A DNA stretch of 64,000 nt from the NCBI GenBank assembly GCA_051745145.1, contig JBNJDT010000004.1:1-64000 (forward strand). The letters are read 5' to 3'. Below are positions 53,952-63,974 of the stretch, in pieces. The notes under the pieces were generated by a model, which made no database searches, was not told the DNA's origin, and saw nothing but the letters and a program-made list of their open reading frames with translations. This DNA comes from Elusimicrobiota bacterium. Lineage in GTDB: Bacteria; CG03; SLGR01; JAGXOG01. Each line of letters opens with the position of its first letter. Within the stretch, counting starts at the first letter, position 1. The translations under genes were made by a program, and so were the position numbers.

Positions 53952-55267
53952 TTAATGGCTTCGGTGATATATTCAAAGTATCCGAACTCAAGAAAAAATT
54001 ATTATTTACTCTTGGTATCCTTGCCGTTTACCGCCTGGGTACAACAATTCCGGTTCCCGGCGTGGATGTTAATGCCCTGAGAGCTTTTTTTGAAGCGCAG
54101 GCAGATACCCTCCTGGGTTTTTTAGATATGTTTTCCGGGGGCGCTCTGGGACGGCTTTCCATAATGGCTTTGGGAGTAATGCCTTTTATTAACGCCTCAA
54201 TAATAATGAGTTTATTGAGAACCACTATACCTTACCTTGAAAAATTACAAAAAGAGGGTGAGGCCGGTAGAAAAAAGATAAAACAGGTAACCAGGTATAT
54301 GACTGTGGGAATTGCCGCTGTTCAGGCTCTGGGTTTGTCATTCTGGATGCAGACTATGGAAACCGGTGGTATTGAAGTGGTGAAAAATCCCGGAATATCT
54401 TTTCAAATAATAACAGTTATAACTTTAACTACGGGAACAGTATTTTTAATGTGGCTGGGGGAACAGATTTCCGAAAACGGTATTGGAAACGGTATTTCGC
54501 TGCTTATATTTACCGGTATAGTGGCCCGTCTTCCGTCGGGACTGAATAATGTATTCCGGTTGATAAGAGTTAATGAACTATCGTTGTTCGGAGGTATATT
54601 TTTGCTTGTCCTTGTTATTTTAATAACAGCGGCAGTTGTTTTTGTCGAGCAGGGGCAAAGAAAAATCCCTGTTCAATACGCTAAAAGAGTAGTGGGCCGA
54701 AAAATGTATGGCGGGCAAAATACCTTTTTGCCCTTAAAAGTTAATCAGTCCGGTGTCATAGCAGTTATATTTTCAATGGCTGTGCTGCTTTTGCCGGTGC
54801 AATTAAGCCAGTTTTTCCCGGATTCCACTTTTTTTGCTACGCTCTCTGAATATTTATCTCCGGGCCACTGGGTGAGAACAGTTATATATTCGGCTTTAAT
54901 AATATTCTTTTGTTATTTTTATACGGCCATAACCTTTAATCCCAGAGATATTGCCGAAAATATGAAAAAATGGGGCGGGTTTATACCGGGAATAAGACCG
55001 GGAAAGCCTTCTGCGGATTATATAGACAAAGTTTTAACCAGAATTACTCTGGTGGGAGCTCTGTTTGTGGTAGTAATTGCCATAATGCCCACTTATTTTC
55101 AGGAGATATTTAACGCCCCTTTTCATTTTGGCGGAACTGCTCTTTTAATTGTTGTAGGAGTGGCCCTCGATACTATGGCTAAGATGGAATCTCATCTTAT
55201 AATGAGACATTACGACGGGTTTATGGAAAAAGGGCGGTTGAAAGGGAGAGGATCCCGGATGGGATAA
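53948..55267 (+). CDS. secY: preprotein translocase subunit SecY
   Basis: ALGVMPFINASII, WLGEQI..GIGNGISL, FIPGIRPG, GGTALLIVVGV. Confidence 0.98.
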   Translation: MINGFGDIFKVSELKKKLLFTLGILAVYRLGTTIPVPGVDVNALRAFFEAQADTLLGFLDMFSGGALGRLSIMALGVMPFINASIIMSLLRTTIPYLEKLQKEGEAGRKKIKQVTRYMTVGIAAVQALGLSFWMQTMETGGIEVVKNPGISFQIITVITLTTGTVFLMWLGEQISENGIGNGISLLIFTGIVARLPSGLNNVFRLIRVNELSLFGGIFLLVLVILITAAVVFVEQGQRKIPVQYAKRVVGRKMYGGQNTFLPLKVNQSGVIAVIFSMAVLLLPVQLSQFFPDSTFFATLSEYLSPGHWVRTVIYSALIIFFCYFYTAITFNPRDIAENMKKWGGFIPGIRPGKPSADYIDKVLTRITLVGALFVVVIAIMPTYFQEIFNAPFHFGGTALLIVVGVALDTMAKMESHLIMRHYDGFMEKGRLKGRGSRMG

Positions 55268-55268
55268 T

Positions 55269-55892
55269 ATGATAAGTAAGATTGTTATGCTCGGTATAGT
55301 TGGGGCGGGTAAAGGAACCCAGGCAAAAAGATTGTCTAGATATTTGGATATACCCCATATTTCCACGGGGGAGATATTCAGAGAGGCGGTTAAGAAAAAG
55401 ACGCCTCTGGGCTTAAAAGCTAAATCTATTATGGAAGCCGGGGATCTGGTCCCCGATGATATTGTCATAGGTATAGTCGAGGAACGTCTGAAAGAAGATG
55501 ATGCTCAAGACGGGTATATTTTAGACGGTTTTCCCAGAACTATAACACAGGCCAAGGAATTTGATAAGCTGGAAGATCTGGATAGAGTTTTTTATATAAC
55601 GATCCCCGAAGAGGAATCAGTAAAAAGACTTAAAGGCCGGAGAATTTGTAGTAAATGCAAAAAAGAATATAACATATATCTTGCGGATGACGATACAGAA
55701 GAATGTCCGTGCGGGGGAAAATTAATTCAACGCGAAGACGATAAAGAAGAGACAGTAAAGATAAGAATAGATAATTATATTGAGCAGACCGAGCCTCTTA
55801 TTGAATATTACAGAAAAAATAATCTTTTGGTTGAAATTGACGGTGACCAGGAAATCGACGAAGTTTTTTCTAATATAAAGGAAACTCTCTAG
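55269..55892 (+). CDS. adk: adenylate kinase
   Basis: GAGKGTQA, HISTG, LDGFPRT, Cys-containing LID. Confidence 0.97.
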   Translation: MISKIVMLGIVGAGKGTQAKRLSRYLDIPHISTGEIFREAVKKKTPLGLKAKSIMEAGDLVPDDIVIGIVEERLKEDDAQDGYILDGFPRTITQAKEFDKLEDLDRVFYITIPEEESVKRLKGRRICSKCKKEYNIYLADDDTEECPCGGKLIQREDDKEETVKIRIDNYIEQTEPLIEYYRKNNLLVEIDGDQEIDEVFSNIKETL

Positions 55893-55897
55893 CAGGT

Positions 55898-56653
55898 TTG
55901 ATATACTACAAAAGTAAAGAAGAAATTTCCAAAATTAAAGAAAGTGGAAGGCTATTGACAGAAATAGCCAGGGCTCTTAAAGAAATGATAGCTCCGGGTA
56001 TCAGCACATTGGATCTGGAAGAAGAAGCTCATAAGCTTTTTAAGAATAGGGAATTGGAACCCGCATTTTTAAATTATGGGGAGCCGCCGTATCCGGCATA
56101 TCTTTGTACTTCTGTAAATGAAGAAGTAGTTCACGGAATTCCTTCTCGGGATAAAATTTTGAATGAAGGAGATATAATAAGTATTGATCTGGGGGGGATA
56201 AAAGATAATTTTTATTCCGACATGGCATTTACTGTAAATGTAGGTAAACCGGATAGTTCTTTAAAAAAATTATTGGATGTTACACAGAAGGCCCTTGAAA
56301 ACGGTATTTCAAAAATGTATACTAACATGAAGTTATATGATATTTCCTGGGCTATTCAGAAAACTGCACAGGCTGCCGGATTTTCAGTAGTAAAAGATTT
56401 AGTGGGGCACGGCATAGGCAGGGAATTACACGAGCCCCCCCAGGTACCTAATTTTGGTACCCCGGATACAGGAATGAAACTCAAGGAAGGTCTGGTTATA
56501 GCTTTAGAGCCTATGGTTAATATGGGACAGGAGAATGTATATACAAAAGAAGATGATTGGACGGTAGCGACATCCGACGGACAGCCATCGTGTCATTTTG
56601 AAAAGACGGTGGCCGTAACGGAAAACGGTCCGGACGTACTGGCAGGATTATAA
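55898..56653 (+). CDS. map: methionine aminopeptidase type I
   Basis: [28 protein letters not shown]. Confidence 0.97.
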   Translation: MIYYKSKEEISKIKESGRLLTEIARALKEMIAPGISTLDLEEEAHKLFKNRELEPAFLNYGEPPYPAYLCTSVNEEVVHGIPSRDKILNEGDIISIDLGGIKDNFYSDMAFTVNVGKPDSSLKKLLDVTQKALENGISKMYTNMKLYDISWAIQKTAQAAGFSVVKDLVGHGIGRELHEPPQVPNFGTPDTGMKLKEGLVIALEPMVNMGQENVYTKEDDWTVATSDGQPSCHFEKTVAVTENGPDVLAGL

Positions 56654-56658
56654 ATTTT

Positions 56659-56916
56659 ATGGGAAAAGAGAAGAAAGATAAAATAGAAGTTGAAGGAAGA
56701 GTTGTAAAAGCTTTGCCCAATACTATGTTTAAGGTAAAGCTGGATAATGGCGTTGAGATTTTGGCCCATATCTCCGGTAAAATGAGAATGTATTATATAA
56801 GAATATTACCGGGAGACAGAGTTAAAGTGGAGATTTCAAAGTACGATCCTACAAGGGGTATAATAACCTATAGGATGGATAAAAAAAATAATAACAGGAT
56901 GGGAGGAAAACAATGA
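56659..56916 (+). CDS. infA: translation initiation factor IF-1
   Basis: [26 protein letters not shown]. Confidence 0.98.
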   Translation: MGKEKKDKIEVEGRVVKALPNTMFKVKLDNGVEILAHISGKMRMYYIRILPGDRVKVEISKYDPTRGIITYRMDKKNNNRMGGKQ

Positions 56917-57026
56917 AGGTAAAAGCATCTGTAAAACCGATTTGCTCTGATTGTAAAGTAATTAGGCGCAAAGGCGTCGTGCGGGTAATATGTTCTGATC
57001 CCCGTCACAAGCAGAGACAGGGTTAA
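56913..57026 (+). CDS. rpmJ: 50S ribosomal protein L36; absent from the ORF track
   Basis: Hand translation: [44 protein letters not shown]. Confidence 0.97.
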   Translation: MKVKASVKPICSDCKVIRRKGVVRVICSDPRHKQRQG

Positions 57027-57043
57027 AATATTAAGGAGTAATT

Positions 57044-57388
57044 ATGGCACGTATTGCGGGAATAAATTTACCGAAAGGAAAAAAAGTAAAAATTGGATTA
57101 ACCTATATCTACGGTATAGGAAATACTACAGCTAAAGAAATTTTAGAGGAGAGCGGCGTGGACGGCGAAAAAAGAGTTTACCAGCTTTCCGACGAGGAAA
57201 TAAATGCTCTTCAGGCTGAGGTAAAAAATCATAAGATAGAGGGGGAGCTGAAAAGAGAAAAAAGACAGGATATTCAGCGGTTAAAGAAAATTGAGAGTTA
57301 TAGAGGTTACAGGCATAGAAAAGGTCTGCCGGTTAGGGGGCAAAGGACCCGGACAAATGCCCGTACGCGAAAAGGTAAGAATAGATAA
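57044..57388 (+). CDS. rpsM: 30S ribosomal protein S13
   Basis: [31 protein letters not shown]. Confidence 0.98.
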   Translation: MARIAGINLPKGKKVKIGLTYIYGIGNTTAKEILEESGVDGEKRVYQLSDEEINALQAEVKNHKIEGELKREKRQDIQRLKKIESYRGYRHRKGLPVRGQRTRTNARTRKGKNR

Positions 57389-57414
57389 AATAAATTTATA
57401 ATAGAGGAAGTATT

Positions 57415-57789
57415 ATGGCAAAGAGAAAGAAAAAGCGAAAAGTTGAATCCGGTATAGTATATATAAAAAGTACTTTTAATAATACTATTATATCTATAAC
57501 GGATAATAACGGCAATGTGTTGACCTGGGCATCCGCAGGAACCGAGGGTATGAAAGGGTCCCGTAAGGGAACTTCATATGCCGGTGGACTGGCGGCTCAG
57601 GAAGCGGCGAAAAAAGTAATAAGGAATAACGGTATGCGAAGAGTTAAAGTAAAAGTTAAAGGACCGGGTTCTTCTCGAGAAACTGCTATCCGAAGCTTAG
57701 AATCCGAAGGTTTGGAAATAATTTCCCTGCAGGACATTACTCCCATACCTCACAATGGTTGCCGGCCGCCGAAACCAAGGAGGGTATGA
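57415..57789 (+). CDS. rpsK: 30S ribosomal protein S11
   Basis: [25 protein letters not shown]. Confidence 0.98.
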   Translation: MAKRKKKRKVESGIVYIKSTFNNTIISITDNNGNVLTWASAGTEGMKGSRKGTSYAGGLAAQEAAKKVIRNNGMRRVKVKVKGPGSSRETAIRSLESEGLEIISLQDITPIPHNGCRPPKPRRV

Positions 57790-57792
57790 CCT

Positions 57793-58428
57793 ATGGCAGT
57801 ATATAACGGACCGGTTTGTAAATTGTGTAGAAGAGAAGGGGAAAAACTGTTTTTAAAGGGAAAGCGGTGTCATACTGCTAAGTGTTCACTTGAAAAAAGA
57901 GAATACGCTCCCGGCCAGCACGGTCAGTACAGGTTCAGACAATCTGAATACGGCCGTCAGTTAAGGGAAAAACAGAAGGTAAGAAGAAGCACATTTATGA
58001 CGGAAAAACAGTTTAAAAAGTTTTTTGAACAAGCCGATAATGAAGAGGGGGCAACCGGCTCGAACTTACTGGTAAAATTAGAATCCCGCCTGGATAATGT
58101 AGTTAGATTGCTGGGGTTTGCAGTTTCTATTTTGCAGGCAAGGCAGTTAGTTAATCACCGCCATATAACCGTTAACGGCAGGGTGTGCAGTATTTCTTCT
58201 TATGTAGTTCAGGAAGATGATAAAATTGCTGTAAAAAAATCCGACCGGGATTTAGAGGTAATAAAAAATTCTCTCGAAGAATCAGAGGAAGTAGAATTAC
58301 CCGAATGGCTGGAAAGGGATTCATCGTCAATGACAGGTAAAGTTAAGAGGCTTCCCAATAGAGAAGAAGTTTCTCTGGTCGGCGGGGACATAGAAGAAAA
58401 CCTTATTGTTGAGTTATACAGTAAATAA
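57793..58428 (+). CDS. rpsD: 30S ribosomal protein S4
   Basis: CKLCRREG, PGQHG, LESRLDNVV, IVELYSK. Confidence 0.98.
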   Translation: MAVYNGPVCKLCRREGEKLFLKGKRCHTAKCSLEKREYAPGQHGQYRFRQSEYGRQLREKQKVRRSTFMTEKQFKKFFEQADNEEGATGSNLLVKLESRLDNVVRLLGFAVSILQARQLVNHRHITVNGRVCSISSYVVQEDDKIAVKKSDRDLEVIKNSLEESEEVELPEWLERDSSSMTGKVKRLPNREEVSLVGGDIEENLIVELYSK

Positions 58429-58495
58429 TATAAGATAAAACAGTATCTGGTATAGAAGAAAAAAATATAGTATTTTGAATAGAAGGAGGATTTAG

Positions 58496-59461
58496 ATGAA
58501 GTTTAGGGATTTTCAACTACCCCGGGATATAGATTGGCTAGAAAAAGATGAGGGTTATGGTAAGTTTTCCTGCCAACCTTTTGAAAGGGGATACGGACAT
58601 ACAGTAGGTAATTCATTAAGAAGGATCCTTCTGGCTTCTTTAGAAGGGGCGGCTATAACTTCCGTTAAAGTAGATGGAGTATTACATGAATATTCTACTA
58701 TAGATGGAGTTAAGGAAGATGTGCTGGAAATAATATTTAATTTAAAGGATTTGAACTTTAAAGTTTATACCGAACACGAACAGACTGTAACTTTAGAAGT
58801 TCAGGGTGAAAAAGTGGTAACCGGCGATGATTTTAAATTAAATCAGTCAGTTGATCTTTTAAACCCGGACAAGAAGATTGCTACTCTGGATGACAAAGCA
58901 GAACTTAAAATAGAAGCCGAAGTATCCAGGGGAAGAGGGTATTCACCCGGAGAGGAACGTAAGGATGATATTAATTCACCGGGAGTGATACCGGTAGATG
59001 CCTCGTTCTCACCGATAAAAAAAGTGAACTACGATGTGGAAAATGCACGTGTTGGTCAGACCACCGATTATGATAAGTTAATAATGGAAATCTGGACCGA
59101 TGGCGGAGTTTCCCCTGAAGAGGCAGTTGCCTATGCGGCGGAAATTATGATTGATACTATGACAATATTTCGCATTGATCAGGTAGAGGAGGTTGAGCTC
59201 GGAGAAGATGTGGATAGAGTACAGGATAAGATTAATAAACTTAAAAGATTACCTGTAAATGAACTAAAATTGTCCACCAGGGTGGTAAATGCTCTTAAAG
59301 CTTCCGAAATAAATACTATTGGCGATATTCTGGCTTATACCCGAAGCGCACTATCTGAAGTCGATAAAATAGGGAAAAAGGCGATGGAAGAGATAGGCAG
59401 TAAATTGAGTGAAATAGAAAAAGAAAATGAAGTCCCATTGGAATTTAGCGAAGAGGAATAA
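58496..59461 (+). CDS. rpoA: RNA polymerase alpha subunit
   Basis: PFERGYGHTVGNSLRRILL, RVGQTTDYDKL, alpha-CTD LSTRVVNALK. Confidence 0.98.
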   Translation: MKFRDFQLPRDIDWLEKDEGYGKFSCQPFERGYGHTVGNSLRRILLASLEGAAITSVKVDGVLHEYSTIDGVKEDVLEIIFNLKDLNFKVYTEHEQTVTLEVQGEKVVTGDDFKLNQSVDLLNPDKKIATLDDKAELKIEAEVSRGRGYSPGEERKDDINSPGVIPVDASFSPIKKVNYDVENARVGQTTDYDKLIMEIWTDGGVSPEEAVAYAAEIMIDTMTIFRIDQVEEVELGEDVDRVQDKINKLKRLPVNELKLSTRVVNALKASEINTIGDILAYTRSALSEVDKIGKKAMEEIGSKLSEIEKENEVPLEFSEEE

Positions 59462-59464
59462 CCA

Positions 59465-59785
59465 GTGAATAAAGCAAAGCAGAAAAAAAGGTTAAAAAGG
59501 CTTACATACCATCTAATTATGAATGGTAGGATAACTACTTCACCACAGGCAGCGAAAAAAGTTAAGAGTTATGCTGAAAAATTAATTACTCGATCAAAAA
59601 ATTCTAATCATAAAAATAGAAAATATGTGACCGGTAAATTACCAAAACCAGCGGTAAAAAAACTCTTTGACGAGATAGGACCTGCCAATAGTGAAAGGGA
59701 AGGGGGATATACCCGGATTATGCGGTTAGGTCCCCGGCAGGGTGACGGAAGCCAGCGTTGTATTTTAGAAATAATAGATGTTTAA
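59465..59785 (+). CDS. rplQ: 50S ribosomal protein L17 (N-terminally short)
   Basis: GRITTS..AK, EKLIT, REGGYTRI..RQGDG; follows rpoA. Confidence 0.95.
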   Translation: MNKAKQKKRLKRLTYHLIMNGRITTSPQAAKKVKSYAEKLITRSKNSNHKNRKYVTGKLPKPAVKKLFDEIGPANSEREGGYTRIMRLGPRQGDGSQRCILEIIDV

Positions 59786-60818
59786 TTTTCTATTAGGACT
59801 TTTTTCCAATGACATGGGCATGGATCTGGGGACTGCCAATGTATTGGTATACGTAAAAGGCCGGGGCATAGTTTTACGGGAACCTTCTGTAGTGGCTATG
59901 AATAAAGATACCAAGGAGATTATGGCAGTTGGTATAAATGCCAAGAGAATGCTTGGAAGAACACCATCTAACATATCGGCTGTACGGCCTTTAAAAAACG
60001 GCGTAATAGCGGATTTTGACACTACAGAACGCATGATAAGATATTTTATACGTAAAGTACATGCCCGGAAAAGTCTTTTACATCCCCGGATTGTTATAAG
60101 CATACCGTCCTCGTGTACGGAAGTGGAAAGACGGGCGGTAAGAGAATCAGCAGAGAGGGCGGGGGCCAGGGAAGTTTATGTTATTGAAGAACCCATGGCC
60201 GCGGCCATAGGGGCGGAATTACCGGTACATGAGCCGGCTGGGAATATGGTAGTAGATATAGGAGGCGGAACTACAGAAGTTGCGGTTATTTCCCTGGGGG
60301 GAATGGTTTTAACAAATTCCATACGGATAGCCGGCGATGATTTTGACCAGTCGATCATAAATTATTTTAAAGAAAAAGAGAATTTAATTATTGGCGAGAG
60401 AACGGCTGAGGAAGCTAAAATTAAAATTGGTTCTGTGTATTCGGACTCAGAATCAAAAGAGATGGAAATAAAGGGAAGAGATTTAGTTAATGGATTACCC
60501 AAAACGGTTATGATTTCTACCGATGATATAAGAGAGTCACTTGCAGAACCTATGAAAGAACTGTTAAAAGTTATTAAAAACACTCTCAACCAGACGCCGG
60601 CTGAACTTTCGGCGGATTTAGTGGACAGAGGTATTGTCCTGGTAGGCGGAGGAGCTCTTATAGGGGGGATAGCAAATTTATTAAGAGATGCTACGGAGCT
60701 GCCGGTTCATATTGCCGATGAGCCCATGAATTGTGTAGTAATGGGAACGGGTAAGTACTTAGAACAGATGGAAACCCTGAAAAAAGCTCAACGCCGCTTG
60801 CTTGACACCGAATATTAA
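59778..60818 (+). CDS. mreB: rod shape-determining protein MreB
   Basis: MDLGTAN, EPSVVA, DIGGGTTE, GGGAL. Confidence 0.98.
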   Translation: MFNFLLGLFSNDMGMDLGTANVLVYVKGRGIVLREPSVVAMNKDTKEIMAVGINAKRMLGRTPSNISAVRPLKNGVIADFDTTERMIRYFIRKVHARKSLLHPRIVISIPSSCTEVERRAVRESAERAGAREVYVIEEPMAAAIGAELPVHEPAGNMVVDIGGGTTEVAVISLGGMVLTNSIRIAGDDFDQSIINYFKEKENLIIGERTAEEAKIKIGSVYSDSESKEMEIKGRDLVNGLPKTVMISTDDIRESLAEPMKELLKVIKNTLNQTPAELSADLVDRGIVLVGGGALIGGIANLLRDATELPVHIADEPMNCVVMGTGKYLEQMETLKKAQRRLLDTEY

Positions 60819-60917
60819 ATTTTCATAACCAGTTTCTTATACTAGATTTTGATGCGGAAACTGGCATAATTATAAAATTCCAAATAGTTCCCCTCCTGAC
60901 TATAAATAATTAATAAA

Positions 60918-61724
60918 ATGAACAAAGATACAGATACATATACCTTTATAGCACTCACATTGGTGGGGATTGTATTCCTATTTTTGAATCTCATTCCCGG
61001 GGCAAAATTTGCTAAAAATTTAGGACTTAACATAATATTTCCCGCTGTCAAACTTGCCGAGTATCCGTTAAAAAGTTCTGAAGAGATATACCAGAGAACC
61101 AGGGCCTTTAGCAATTTGTTCGATGAAAATAAGGAATTAAAAAAAAGTGTAGAAAAATTTAACCGCCTATATAAAGACTTCAATTATATAAAAAAAGAGA
61201 ATAAAAGATTAAACAATTTACTTGATTTTAAAAGTGAGCAGGAAGGAGAATTAATTCCGGCACGTAGAATTGCGCAGAATACAGAGAATTATTTTACGGA
61301 TTTTAATTTAAATGTAGGAAAAAGATCAGGGATTGAAAAGGACAGTCCCGTGGTACTGCCCCAGAATAATAGATGGGTTCTTTTGGGGAGGATTTCAAAA
61401 GTATTTAAAGATTACAGTAAAGCTACTTTAATTACTTCTCCCGCTTTTAAATGCGGTGTTGAAATCGGAAATGGTTATGGAGGGGTACTTGAAGGGAAAA
61501 ATAGTTGGATTTATAAAATTAAATATATATCTCCCATGGCTGAAATAGAGAAAGGGGATAAAGTTTATACTTCCGGGGGCGGCGGTATATTTCCCGGTGG
61601 ATTATATATAGGAAAAGTTTGGCAAGTTGATACCCTCAGTTTTTCAAAAGGGAAAGAGGCGCTGGTAAAGGGGGAAATATATCCCCAGGATGTTAAATAT
61701 ATGTTTATCCAGAAAAAAGAATGA
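60918..61724 (+). CDS. mreC: rod shape-determining protein MreC
   Basis: N-terminal TM, coiled coil (ENKRLNNLL), GDKVYTSG.GGIFP.G. Confidence 0.93.
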   Translation: MNKDTDTYTFIALTLVGIVFLFLNLIPGAKFAKNLGLNIIFPAVKLAEYPLKSSEEIYQRTRAFSNLFDENKELKKSVEKFNRLYKDFNYIKKENKRLNNLLDFKSEQEGELIPARRIAQNTENYFTDFNLNVGKRSGIEKDSPVVLPQNNRWVLLGRISKVFKDYSKATLITSPAFKCGVEIGNGYGGVLEGKNSWIYKIKYISPMAEIEKGDKVYTSGGGGIFPGGLYIGKVWQVDTLSFSKGKEALVKGEIYPQDVKYMFIQKKE

Positions 61725-62176
61725 GAATATTTTTTATTTTTATAGCAGGTTTTCTGCTACATACTTTATTCACCGGTTATACCTCCGGTGGGGTGGGAAT
61801 TAATTTAATGCTTCTTTTGACAGTAGAAATATCTTTGATAAGAGGAAAGCAGCAGGGACAGGTATTTGGTTTTTTCTCCGGGTTGGTCGAAGATATATTG
61901 TCCATGGGTCTTTTAGGAGAAAAAGTATTAATTAGAACAGTTATCGGTAATTTATTGGGAAGATTTAAGAACCATATTACTGTCGGTCATTTTATATTCC
62001 AGATATTTATAACGTTTATAATATTTTTTGTTCATTCTTATGCAATATATTTTGTGAGGCTCATATTTAGTTATCCTTCTTCTATATCCGTAAGTAAGGT
62101 AATAGTGTATTCTATAGTTAATTCTTTACTGGCGCCGGTAGTATATGTAGTGGTGAAAAAAACCATTGCCAGATAA
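61721..62176 (+). CDS. mreD: rod shape-determining protein MreD
   Basis: Hydrophobic, GFFSGLVEDIL motif, between mreC and PBP2. Confidence 0.88.
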   Translation: MRIFFIFIAGFLLHTLFTGYTSGGVGINLMLLLTVEISLIRGKQQGQVFGFFSGLVEDILSMGLLGEKVLIRTVIGNLLGRFKNHITVGHFIFQIFITFIIFFVHSYAIYFVRLIFSYPSSISVSKVIVYSIVNSLLAPVVYVVVKKTIAR

Positions 62177-63974
62177 AAAATACTATTTTTGGTATACCAG
62201 TCACAGGGGAACTATGGTTTGGGGGAAAGTTATACTATTACTCTGCATTGGGGTGTTTATATTCCGGTTATTCCAACTTCAAATTTTACAGGGCAATTAT
62301 TATTATAAAATAGCTGAGTTAAATCGCACTCAGTATTTTCACATACCAGCACCGCGGGGCCGTATCTTTGACCGGCACGGAAATAAACTAACCGGGAATC
62401 AGCCCCAGTATACTTTATTTGTTTCAGTCAATAATATTTCTAAAGATGAAAAAGAAAAAATTTCCCGGGGTTTGGGAAACATAACAGATTATAAACGGGA
62501 GTATATTTTTAAGAGATTCGTAAACGGGGAAAAAATGCCTTTCGGGAATATCAGGCTGCTGCCAAATCTTACCCGGGAGGATGTTCAGATTATAGAAGAA
62601 AATATTCACAATTATCCCCGGTTATCAGTTCAGATTGAACCCCGCCGTGAATATCCCTACCGCCAAAACGGTTCCCATCTTTTAGGTCATATAGGGGAAA
62701 TAAGCCCCCGGGAATTAGACGTTAAAAGTGAATTGGGATACAGTTTAGGTGATAGGATAGGTAAAACGGGATTAGAAAAAAAGTATGACAGAATTTTAAG
62801 GGGGAAATCGGGGTTACAAAAATTAGAAGTAGGTGTAAGAGGTGAGCACAAAGAAATTCTTAAAACTGTAGATCCCAAAATTGGAAATGACCTTTTATTA
62901 ACTGTTGACTGGGATCTTCAGCAGAGAGCGTGGAAGGCAATGGAAGATAAACAGGGGGGAGTTGTGGCTATGAATCCCCAGACCGGGGAAATATTGATCT
63001 GGTTTTCAAAGCCCGGTTTTAATCCGGAAGATTTTACTGTCAGTCTTTCTGACAATAGGGCCAGAAAAATATTTATTGATCCCGGTTATCCACTATTTAA
63101 CAGGATTTTACAGGGACAATATGAACCCGGGTCCATCTTTAAACTGGTGACGACTTTAGCTGCTCTAGATACGGGGAAGGCGACCGTTGATAAAGAGTTT
63201 ACCTGCCGGGGATCTATAAGGATAGGCCATGACCGGCAGAAATTCAGGTGCTGGAAAGAACACGGAACTTTGAAATTAAGGGAAGCTATTGCCAGATCTT
63301 GTAATGTCTATTTTTATCGGTTGGGTTTGGAAACGAAAATAAATTCTATTAAAAATACAGCCGGTCAACTCGGTTTTGGAAAACCGGTTCAGGATATATT
63401 TGAGCGTGAAGCGACCGGAAATATTCCCGGACCCCGGTGGAAAAAAGATAAATATTCGCGGGGCTGGTACCCCGGCGATACTGCTAATACCAGTGTCGGG
63501 CAGGGCTATGTTCTTGTAACTCCGATGCAAATTTTAAATTTAACTTCCGTAATAGCTAATCGGGGCCAGATTCCCGATCCCCATATACTGAAGATGGAAA
63601 TATCCTCCCAGGGCCAGGTTGTCAACAGAAATTTACCTGAAGATAAGGGGAGAGTTAAAATAGACAAAAGGTATTTTAAAATAGTAGAAGAAGCTATGGC
63701 CCAGGTAACAGAGTACGGTACGGCTTCCTATTTAAATATGCCTTTTCCCGTAGCTGGTAAAACCGGAACTGCTCAGAATCCCAGTGGTGAGGATCATGCC
63801 TGGTTTACCTGTTATGCGCCGGTTAATGACCCTCAAATAGCCATAACTGTTTTTGTAGAAAGAGGGGGTCATGGTTCTGTGGGGGCGTTGCCCGTGGCCA
63901 GAGAAGTTTTAAAAGAAAAATTTTTGTCAAAGGAATTTTCCGAAGTAGAGAGGAATAATGAAGCAACAGACTGA
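62166..63974 (+). CDS. mrdA: penicillin-binding protein 2
   Basis: APRGRIFDR, SIFK (SxxK), SCN (SxN), KTGTAQ; start is TTG 62166 or ATG 62214. Confidence 0.95.
   Translation: MPDKKYYFWYTSHRGTMVWGKVILLLCIGVFIFRLFQLQILQGNYYYKIAELNRTQYFHIPAPRGRIFDRHGNKLTGNQPQYTLFVSVNNISKDEKEKISRGLGNITDYKREYIFKRFVNGEKMPFGNIRLLPNLTREDVQIIEENIHNYPRLSVQIEPRREYPYRQNGSHLLGHIGEISPRELDVKSELGYSLGDRIGKTGLEKKYDRILRGKSGLQKLEVGVRGEHKEILKTVDPKIGNDLLLTVDWDLQQRAWKAMEDKQGGVVAMNPQTGEILIWFSKPGFNPEDFTVSLSDNRARKIFIDPGYPLFNRILQGQYEPGSIFKLVTTLAALDTGKATVDKEFTCRGSIRIGHDRQKFRCWKEHGTLKLREAIARSCNVYFYRLGLETKINSIKNTAGQLGFGKPVQDIFEREATGNIPGPRWKKDKYSRGWYPGDTANTSVGQGYVLVTPMQILNLTSVIANRGQIPDPHILKMEISSQGQVVNRNLPEDKGRVKIDKRYFKIVEEAMAQVTEYGTASYLNMPFPVAGKTGTAQNPSGEDHAWFTCYAPVNDPQIAITVFVERGGHGSVGALPVAREVLKEKFLSKEFSEVERNNEATD

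Noticed and set aside
1684..63530. The many minus-strand ORFs in the track (e.g. 51857-52468, 25205-25714, 52935-53390, 28411-28854)
   Set aside because: All lie antisense to well-conserved + strand genes or tRNAs, are Ser/Ile/Phe-rich shadows of purine-rich codons and show no motifs.
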